A stretch of 64,000 nucleotides of DNA from an uncultured Verrucomicrobiae bacterium. GTDB taxonomy: Bacteria; Verrucomicrobiota; Verrucomicrobiia; Chthoniobacterales; Terrimicrobiaceae. Both the position numbers and the translations under genes were made by a program. The stretch lies in contig CAVPOC010000008.1 in the NCBI GenBank assembly GCA_963706955.1, forward strand, positions 704,001-768,000, read 5' to 3'. The notes under the pieces were generated by a model that was not told where the DNA came from, made no database searches, and saw nothing but the letters and a program-made list of their open reading frames with translations. Shown in pieces: positions 56,047 to 64,000 of the stretch; position 1 is the stretch's first letter; every line of letters begins with the position of its first letter.

Positions 56047-59000
56047 ATTTTTCCCTCCATCCATTCGCCGGTTGGGTCTTTCCCATGCGCTTCCGTGATG
56101 AGCCCTCCAGCGAGCGAGTGAAGAGGGACGTGATCGGATCCGAGAGCCAGAGGCCCGCGCAACCGCGCAGGATCGAGCCCCCCTATCTGGCAGAGGCCAA
56201 TTCCGTAGGATGACGCGGCCATCTCGAGCAACTGCGTCATCAGACCGGCCTCGATCGTGGCAAAAGAAAGGGATAAATCCCCGTAGAGCGGCTCGATGGC
56301 ATCAAGCTGGGCGACAAGAAAAATTGAGAAAGCGGCCGAATCGAACACGGGTCGATTGATCAAAAAATCATAGATCTCCGGATCGATACAGGCCCCTCCG
56401 GAGATCAGGACAAGTCTGCGACCAGCGGGATCGAAGTAGTAGGCCCCGGCGGGCAGTGATTCGACCCGCCGGGGCTTTGCATAAAAGTAGGTTTGCACGG
56501 GATATGAGCTGCCCGCCGAACCGAAGAGATATTTCGGCTGGCCGTCAACCGTCATCGAGCCGAGCCTTCCGAGGAGCCCCCTCAGCTTTGCGAAGGGAAC
56601 GGGAGCCTGCAGGAATTCTCTGTAGCTGCGACGTTTGCGATACAGCGAGATCGCGTCTTCATCCTGCATCGCGCCGAGTGCGTATGCAGGAACATTTTCG
56701 TCAAAACGGCGAAGGCCTGATCGCTCGCGCTTAAAGGACTCCCGCTCGACAGGATCGGTAAGAACCGTGGACCTGCTTCTCCTTTGCTCGTGCGCATGGG
56801 GCCCCCGCAAGGGCGCAGCGCCCTCATTTTCGCGGGTCTTGCTTTGATAACCGCGAAGCAAGCCAATGATCGTCGGGCTGCGATAGAAGTCACCGATCCT
56901 GGGGCGATAACCAAGCGTTTCGTCAAGACGATTGACAATTCGAATCATGTCAATGGAAGTCGCCCCGTATTCGAGAAGACTGACTTCGGGATCGATGTCT
57001 TTAAGGCGGAGAACGCTTACCACCAGCTCGCGGATCTGCTCGAGGCTGGCCAGATGCGGGGATGGCGAATGCCCGGCAGAAGCAGCGGCCTCCGGCGGCT
57101 CGGGAAGTGCCTGGCGATCGACCTTCCCATTGGCCGTTAATGGAAGGGCATCGAGAAAGAGATAGGTTGCCGGCACCATGTAATTGGGCAATTTCTGCGC
57201 AAGGAATGCCTGCAAATCTGCGGATGCGGGGCCAGCCGCTTGATCGCCCACGGCGTAACCGACAAGCCGCTTGGGGCCGTCCCGGGGACCGTTGGCCACC
57301 ACGGCAGCGGCCGAAATTCCTGGGTGCTCTGCCATCGCCGCTTCGATCTCCCCTAACTCGACGCGGTATCCCTGTATCTTGACCTGAAAGTCCTCCCTGC
57401 CTAGGAACTCGATGTTGCCGTCAGGCAAATAGCGGCCGAGATCTCCCGTCTTGTACAACCGACTTCCGGTTCGGGGGTGATAGACGAAGTTGGCCCGGCT
57501 CTTTTCCTCGTCCCGCCAATAGCCTTTGGCCAATCCAATTCCCCCGATGTAGAGCTGCCCAGCGACCCAGAACGGACGGGGATTCAGAGCGTCGTCGAGC
57601 ACATGGAAACTCTGGTTCATCATCGGTCTCCCGTAAGGGATGCTCTTCCAGCTGGGATCCGCCGTCTCGATCGGATAGAGAACCGACCAAATAGACGCCT
57701 CCGTGGCGCCCCCGAGACTGATCACCTGGACATCTTTGCCTAGAGCCTTAATCCGATCCGGCAAGCTTACCGGGACCCAGTCCCCGCTCAGAAGCACCAG
57801 ACGAAGAGAATGCAGCGAGAATTCGGGTCGACCGGACAGATACTCGACCAGTAACTCCATCAGGGCCGGCACGGAGTTCCATACGGTCACCTTTTCCTGA
57901 GCGACGATTTGCGCCCAATGTGCCGGGTCTCGCATCCCAGAGACATCAGGAATAATGATCGTTCCCCCGGCGGCCAGTGTGCCAAAGATGTCGTAGACCG
58001 ACAGATCGAAGCTTAAGGCAGAGAGAGCCAGCACCCGGTCTGCGGCGGCCACGCCGAAACGCCGATTGATGTCGAGGATTGTATTAACCGCTCCGCGATG
58101 GTCGATCATCACGCCCTTTGGCTCGCCTGTGGAGCCCGACGTGTATATCACATAAGCCAGATCTTCGGCTCGCTGCACTTGATCCAAAGGTGTTTTTTCC
58201 AGGCCTTCCAAGGACACATCACTGACAGACAACCGCTGGATATCCCGTGGCCATTCTACGATCTTATCGATGGGAGGTTGAGTTAAGACCAATTCAATTT
58301 GGCCGTTGTCCAGCAGATGCCACAGGCGCTCCTTAGGAAGATTCGGGTCGATAGGAAGATAGGCAGCGCCGGAGCAAAGAACCCCAAGAACGGCCACCAC
58401 CTGCTCCCAGCCTTTTTCCATCACCACTGCCACGAGGCGGTTGGGGCTGCTACCACGGCGGCGCAGCCAGTGAGCCACCTGCAGTGACCGCTGGGACAGT
58501 TCGGTGTACGTAAGACGACCAGATGGCGAGATGATGGCTGGATGGTCGGCCCTCCGGGATACCTGCTCCGAAAACAATGTATGCAACAATCCGGTCGAGG
58601 GCTGCGCCTGTGTAGCGTTGGCAGAAGCTTGCAGTTTGAGGTGGGCAGGGGGAATTAGCTTTAGCACTGTATCCGACCGGCTCTCTTGCCAACTCCTCGC
58701 GTCATCCGCCAAGCGACGCAGAAAATGTAAGTAAGATCCAAACATCTCCTCTACCATGCCGCTTGGAAACAGCTCCTCCACGACGTCCCAATCGAGCACG
58801 AGCGATCCCCTTTGTTCGTTGATCTGATGGTCAATGAACACTTGCGGAGTTTGGGTAATGGTGTAGACGACCTCGCCGAGCCAATCCATCGGGCTAGAAT
58901 CCCGGAATTGGAGATCGGCCGAGAGAAGGCTCGTGAAGACGACCGGCATGATCGCCCGAAAGCCACTGTCTTGACGCTTGGCAAGCTGCCGAATGACTTG

Positions 59001-60081
59001 AACCCCGCTCATGGAGCTATGTTTCAGATCCTCGTCGAGCTGCTGCTGAACATGGAGGGCCCGAGTCTCAAAGGTGGGCTGGCTCTCGTTATCGATCCCA
59101 AGGAGGGAAGAAGAAGTGAAGTCGCCCACTACGCCCTTTAACCGAGGGTCACGGGCCATTCGATTAAACAATGTTACGTTGATGGTTATCCGAGGGGACT
59201 TACTCCACACCTTGAGGACTTCAGAGAAAGCAGCCAGCAAGAGCAGTGTAGGCCTGAGTCTTCGGCTGGACGCCTGGTCCTTCAGTTGGGACCATATTTC
59301 CGCATCAAGTCGGGCATGGAAGCGCTTAAACCGGGAGCGAGGAAGGTCGCTAGGATTTTTTGCAAGTGGCAGCTCCGGCGCGGGCGGCAAAGAGGTCAGT
59401 CGGTTGTGCCAATAGTCCTCGGCTCGTCGGTATACATCGCTATCCCGCAGGGAAGTCTCTGCCATGACATAGTCTCGAAATGAAAGCTCTAGCGCAGGTA
59501 AATGAGTGGCGGAATCTTGGTAAAATTGCGACCACTCGGCAAAGAGCAGATTCCTGCTTCTTGCATCCACCACGAGCGCATCGAAACTCAAATGCAGTCG
59601 GAATCGCTGGTCATCCAGAAGGCTAGCGCGAACCTCGAACAACGGCCACTGATCGCTGGGCAGCACTTGGTGCGACATACTCTCGCGAACCGCATTCAGA
59701 CCGGACTGGACCGTGTCGGGATCAGCCCTCCTCAGGTCGAAGGTTTTGATTTTATAATGAGGAACCGTCTTTAAAATGCGCTGGCGCCCATCGGACGACA
59801 CGATCGCCCGCAGCATATCGTGACGATCAATCAATTGCTGCCAGGCAAGGTTGAGGCGCTCCAGATCCAGGCCTTCACAGTCAATTTCGAAGTAGCGGTG
59901 AGTCGTTACACCCCCCAGCTCAACGCCTTCCAGCCGACCGGCCCAGGTACGCCTGCTGGATATCGGTTAGAGGAAAAGGTAGATGCCGCTCCTCTGCCAC
60001 GGCAACAATCGTAGGCAGCTGGCGCAGAAAACCCTGACTCTGTGAACTACTATCTTCCGGCTTCGCGACCGCGGGGATCAT
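56043..60081 (-). CDS. NRPS 1: Cy-A(Cys)-T-Ox (thiazole-forming); frameshift near 59947
   Basis: Removing one base from TACCTGG gives FPLTDIQQAYWAGR in frame with ORF 56043..59834. Cy motif DALVVDARS, PVVFTS, TQTPQV; code DLYNLSLIWK; T GATSID; SagB-like oxidase RRSYREF, KYLFGSAGSSYPVQTY. Confidence 0.9.
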
Positions 60082-60794
60082 CTTTTTTCGGAGCGTCGAA
60101 ATTGAACTTTTCCGCCGAGCCAGGCGGAAATTCCGTATCGCGCGGTAAGATGGCGTTTCGCCGCGATTTCCTTGAATCTAGTTTCGCTTCCGGGCCTGCG
60201 ATACTCGGGGGATCTTGCGAACGAAAAGCGTAGATCGGGGCTCATCACATTCATTCCATGTCTGAAAGCTCCAGATAACCAGGAATCGTGCGTCCGCTCA
60301 GAAAAGCGAAGCTGCTTTGAAATCACGCAAAAGGGTTGGCAAGCAGAGGGGCGTTGCACGACGCAGTCTCATCCTCGCGGCGATCTGCCTGGAGGGTCTC
60401 GAGGAGCGCGCACGAGCATCCGTCATTACAGGCGAGTGGTAGGAAACGAAGCGAAAGATTCTGTCAATGCTGACCTGACCCTAAAAGGATGAGGCAATCG
60501 GATAAGTCTGAAAGAAACTGAACATGAAAGATGTGTGGCGCAAAATGTCAGTGAGCCCGCAGCCACAGCGCCGAAGCCAATTCTCCGTTGCATTAATCCG
60601 CCGCCACCTCTTTGTCAATTCTGCGAACAACCAGCCTTTCTGCTCGTATCAGCTCGAATTCTTTCAAAGACGGGGTCTTTCTGCCCGACGACAAACGTCA
60701 GATCGTTGCAAACTCTTAATGGACAGCAGTAAATGACGCTTGCACGTAGACTGTTCATCTAGCGCTATCGTGCCCCCTTTACTAGGAGCGCGCC

Positions 60795-60823
60795 ATTTCA
60801 GTCGCTTCATTTTTTCTTGAAAT
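60795..60823. promoter_or_regulatory. Candidate operator for the adjacent GbsR-like regulator
   Basis: Inverted repeat ATTTCA(60795)..TGAAAT(60823) containing TTCA-N8-TGAA (60806-60821), AT-rich, just upstream of the regulator. Confidence 0.3.
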
Positions 60824-60910
60824 CCGCTCACCGCATCGCCATTTTCGCGCGTCCATGGTGCAGCCGATGCCTGATAACGGCCAAAGAACTACCTCCAAAC
60901 CCTCACGGAA

Positions 60911-61369
60911 TTGGAGGTTGAAGCCATTGAGATGTTCATCAATTTTCTCAAATTGATCGGCTTGCCAAAATCGGTCGGCGAAATCTATGGATTGCTCTTC
61001 GTCTCTCCGCGACCGCTGACCATGGACGAGATTGTCACCCGACTGGGAATTAGCCTTGGGGCGGCCAGCCAAGGCTTGAAGCTGCTTCGCAGTCTGGGAG
61101 CGGCCAAGGCGGTCTACCTGCCTGGCACTCGAAGAGATTATTTTACGGCCGACCTTGAATTGAGCAAGTTCGCGACCGTTTTCATTAAGGAGGAGCTCCG
61201 GCCCCGCATCGAACGAGCCCTTGAGCGTATTCACCACCTGGAGTCGTTGCTCCCCGAGCTACCTCATGAGGACCGGCAGATCACCAGGCAACGACTGGAT
61301 CGTCTTAGGCACTGGCTTGAAAAGGGAGAAAAGATGCTGCCATGGACGCTCAGGTTTTTAATGAAGTGA
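60911..61369 (+). CDS. GbsR/MarR-family winged-helix transcriptional regulator
   Basis: GLPKSVGEIYGLL, PLTMDEI..LGISLGAASQGLKLL and RRDYF motifs; true start may be ATG 60855 with a 1-nt deletion in CCC near 60901. Confidence 0.85.
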   Translation: MEVEAIEMFINFLKLIGLPKSVGEIYGLLFVSPRPLTMDEIVTRLGISLGAASQGLKLLRSLGAAKAVYLPGTRRDYFTADLELSKFATVFIKEELRPRIERALERIHHLESLLPELPHEDRQITRQRLDRLRHWLEKGEKMLPWTLRFLMK

Positions 61370-61604
61370 AAAGTTGAAGCGAGGCGGGAAAGACAAGGTC
61401 CTCGCCACATGCGCAAATCTCCGCCGTCTGACTCGTTCAGAGACGGAATTGATTGAGCAAAAAGGTCATCCCAACGAGCAAGGGAATTTCGACCAAGGGC
61501 GGCAGCTTGCCCTGGCCGGGAACTTGCGCTGAGACGATCGACAACCTTCCATCGCAGATCCGAGAATCTGCCGTCACATGCCTGCATCCCCTGATTCAAA
61601 TCCC

Positions 61605-62489
61605 ATGGCCACGATCGAGCAAGAGCCTCAGAGGATACCACCACCTACCCAGGCCGATTGGATCTCGGAGATTACGACCCAGAAGCCGCTGCTTCACCTT
61701 CCTCTTGCCGAAATTTGGCGTTATCGAGATTTGATTTTTTTGACCGTCTGGCGCGACTTTATCTCAGTCTACAAGCAGACGATTTTCGGGCCGCTCTGGT
61801 ATTTTGCCCAGCCACTTGTCAGCACGGTGGTCTACCAGATCATTTTTGGAAAGATCGCGCAATTGCCGACCAACAACATTCCGCCATTCCTCTTTTACAT
61901 GTCGGGAATCGTCATTTGGTACTATTTTTCCGGGTGTCTCAGCCGCACTTCTACGACGTTCTCGTCCAACGCGGCGCTCTTCACGAAGGTGTATTTCCCC
62001 CGTCTCACCATCCCGATCGCGCAGTGCATCAGCAATATCTGGCAGTTCTTGATCCAGTTGGTCATCTTTCTCGCTTTCTACCTCTATTTTCTAGCGAAAG
62101 GCGCGCCGATCCATCCGAGCTACCGGATCGTGATCATACCTTTCCTGGTCTTGCAGACTGCCCTTCTCGGCTTAGGAGTGGGATGCCTCATTTCTGCCCT
62201 GAGCACGCGTTTTCGTGATCTGCAGGTGGCTGTCGCTCCCGCTATTCAACTCTGGATGTACGCAAGCTGCATTTTTTATCCCCGCTCGATAGTCCCTGAA
62301 AATTTGCAGTGGCTAATGACCATTAATCCCATTGTTCCGATCATTGAAGGTTTTCGTTTCGCTCTGATGGGACAAGGCCAGGTGGAGATTTACCAATGGT
62401 TGGCGAGCTTGGCGGTAACCGCAATCCTGCTCATCATTGGCCTGGTGGAGTTTGGACGCGCGGAGAAAACTTTTGCTGACACGATCTAA
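61605..62489 (+). CDS. wzm: Polysaccharide ABC exporter permease (Wzm/RfbA type)
   Basis: EIWRYRDLI, YKQTIFGPLW, KVYFPRL, RFRDL and NPIVPIIEGFR motifs. Confidence 0.9.
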   Translation: MATIEQEPQRIPPPTQADWISEITTQKPLLHLPLAEIWRYRDLIFLTVWRDFISVYKQTIFGPLWYFAQPLVSTVVYQIIFGKIAQLPTNNIPPFLFYMSGIVIWYYFSGCLSRTSTTFSSNAALFTKVYFPRLTIPIAQCISNIWQFLIQLVIFLAFYLYFLAKGAPIHPSYRIVIIPFLVLQTALLGLGVGCLISALSTRFRDLQVAVAPAIQLWMYASCIFYPRSIVPENLQWLMTINPIVPIIEGFRFALMGQGQVEIYQWLASLAVTAILLIIGLVEFGRAEKTFADTI

Positions 62490-62608
62490 AAATTCAAGCG
62501 GTCCTTTGCCCGGATATCGTGCCGGGCGTGAAGTTTGGGCGCAAGCAAGGCGATGCCACGCCGATCGTCTCGTCGGTCACATCCCTCATCGCCGTCCCAG
62601 GATCGCGT

Positions 62609-62645
62609 CATCGTCCGCACGACCGCCTCATCCGTGCGGACGATG
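62609..62645. repeat. Perfect 13-bp inverted repeat (hairpin) in wzm-wzt spacer
   Basis: CATCGTCCGCACG (62609-62621) / CGTGCGGACGATG (62633-62645), 11-nt loop. Confidence 0.75.
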
Positions 62646-62744
62646 CTAGTGACGGGCAAGTTGGTCGATTTTACACGGGTCCAGCGGAAACATCGTCCTT
62701 GACGGAGCGAGTTTTCGTTCGAGTCTCTGGCGGCTGAGAAAGCC

Positions 62745-64000
62745 ATGTCGATTGTCATCTCAGTTGAAAATGTCTCCAAGCGATATCGGTTGGGAGAGAC
62801 GAAACGCCACCAACTCGTTATCGGATTTCCGGCGCTGGTGGACGAAACTCAAGCTCTCCCGAGAATCCCAGCGAAACGCACAGGCGGAAGCAGAACCGGT
62901 GGAGGAAGGCGACTTTTGGGCGCTCAAAGATGTCTCCTTCGAGGTTAAGGCGGGAAGTGCCATGGCCCTGGTCGGAGTCAATGGAGCAGGAAAGTCCACC
63001 CTTTTGAAGATCATCTCTCGAATCACCGCACCAACAAAGGGAAAAGTGCGGTTCAAAGGGCGCATTGGCAGTCTGCTCGAAATCGGCACGGGGTTTCACC
63101 CTGAGCTGACAGGGCGCGACAACGTTTTTCTTAATGGAGCCATTCTGGGAATGAGTCGTGCCGAAGTTAAGAGCAGGTTCGACGCAGATCGTCGACTTTG
63201 CCGAAATCGATGAGTTTATCAATACGCCAGTAAAGCGCTATTCGAGCGGCATGTATGTCCGTCTCGCCTTCGCGGTCTCCGCATTTCTTGAACCGGAAAT
63301 TCTGATTCTGGACGAGGTTCTTGCCGTCGGCGACATCAAGTTTCGAACTAAATGCCTCAAACGCCTCGAACAACTGATAAATCGCCGGCACACCATTCTG
63401 TTTGTGGCTCATGATGCCGGCTTAATAACCAAATACTGCGACACCGCCCTCTGGCTCGAGCGAGGCTCGATCAGGGCCTACGGCTCGGCGGAAACCGTTG
63501 CGGAAGAGTATGAGTCGGCCAATCGGCCGGCCGAGCAAGTTACTGCACAAAACGTGCATGGAGGCACAGGCGAAGTTGTTGTCACTGCCATCGAACTCCT
63601 CGATGAGGATGGGCAGCCACAGCAATCACTCGCGTGCGGAGACCGGTGCTTTGTCGCGCTCGCATTGCGAGCGACGCGTCGCCTCCAAAAAGGATAGCGG
63701 CCAAGCAGTCGCGCGCATTGGCATTTTACGACGAATTCGGTGCACGAATGTTTACATTGTCCAGCCTCTATGGCGAACGGCAATTGGCGGCTCTCGACGA
63801 TCGGACAAGGATTGTTTGTGAGATACCGAAGCTCCCCCTCTTGCCCGGAAACTATCGGCTCAATTATGATCTGTCGCTCGATGGGGAATGCGTCGACGCG
63901 CAGGTTTCGGCCCGCAACGTCGAAGTTGTGCCGGGAGAATTCTATGGAACCTCTCGCGCTGCCGGCTCGATCGAGCACTCAGATTTGCGTGGATTGCAAG
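62745..64000 (+). CDS. wzt: Polysaccharide ABC exporter ATPase with C-terminal Wzt_C-like domain (several frameshifts; runs to window edge)
   Basis: ISVENVSKRYRLG; FWALKDVSF, GVNGAGKST, GTGFHPELTGRDN; PVKRYSSGMYVRLAF, LILDEVLAVGD; IPKLPLLPGNY near 63825. Confidence 0.88.

Noticed and set aside
52621..60081. Tubulysin, epothilone or siderophore cluster
   Set aside because: Only shared domain types; module order differs, and there are no salicylate/DHB genes or TonB receptor.
60078..60736. Short ORFs or a riboswitch upstream of the cluster (possible loader, MbtH or RiPP precursor)
   Set aside because: No carrier-protein serine motif, MbtH Trp pattern or riboswitch consensus that I can recognise.
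5813..64000. Split genes (sucD, kinase, GT4, NRPSs, PKS, wzt) as true pseudogenes or programmed frameshifts
   Set aside because: Single-base indels hit even a core TCA gene, both halves stay conserved, and no slippery-site pattern is evident; sequencing error is more likely, though this is unproven without reads.
1..64000. CRISPR arrays, tRNA/rRNA, prophage or defence genes
   Set aside because: No short regularly spaced repeats, RNA gene signatures or matching proteins were seen by eye.

Overview
GC-rich bacterial DNA, most consistent with Verrucomicrobia (inferred from protein style and gene order, not proven). 1-13.6 kb holds housekeeping genes: cdaA, a hidden mini-cdaR, glmM, glgB, citrate synthase, sucCD, a kinase/pseudokinase/Sel1 protein, two methyltransferases and an M29-like peptidase. 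13.6-20.4 kb holds surface-glycan genes (GT-C-like membrane protein, rfbA, GT4, asnB, GT2). 20.4-60.1 kb is a ~40-kb minus-strand hybrid NRPS-PKS cluster of 7 synthetase genes plus a PPTase: Cy-A(Cys)-T-Ox / C-A(Ile)-T / KS-AT-ACP-LLM / C-A(Asp)-OMT-T / C-A-T / C-A-T-C-A-T-E-C-A-T / C-A-T-C-A-T-C. No loading module and no thioesterase are visible. 60.9-64 kb encodes a GbsR-like regulator and Wzm/Wzt. The most striking signal is that the three central NRPS genes share near-identical N-termini, C domains and C-terminal docking tails. Between them lie chimeric mini-genes, a TubC-type docking domain fused to a copy of the PKS C-terminal tail. This suggests a triplicated, possibly interchangeable (combinatorial) assembly line and a candidate stand-alone docking adaptor. 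Many single-base frameshifts, even in sucD, look like sequencing error, so split ORFs were joined by eye. A-domain codes were read manually and all product predictions are inference.
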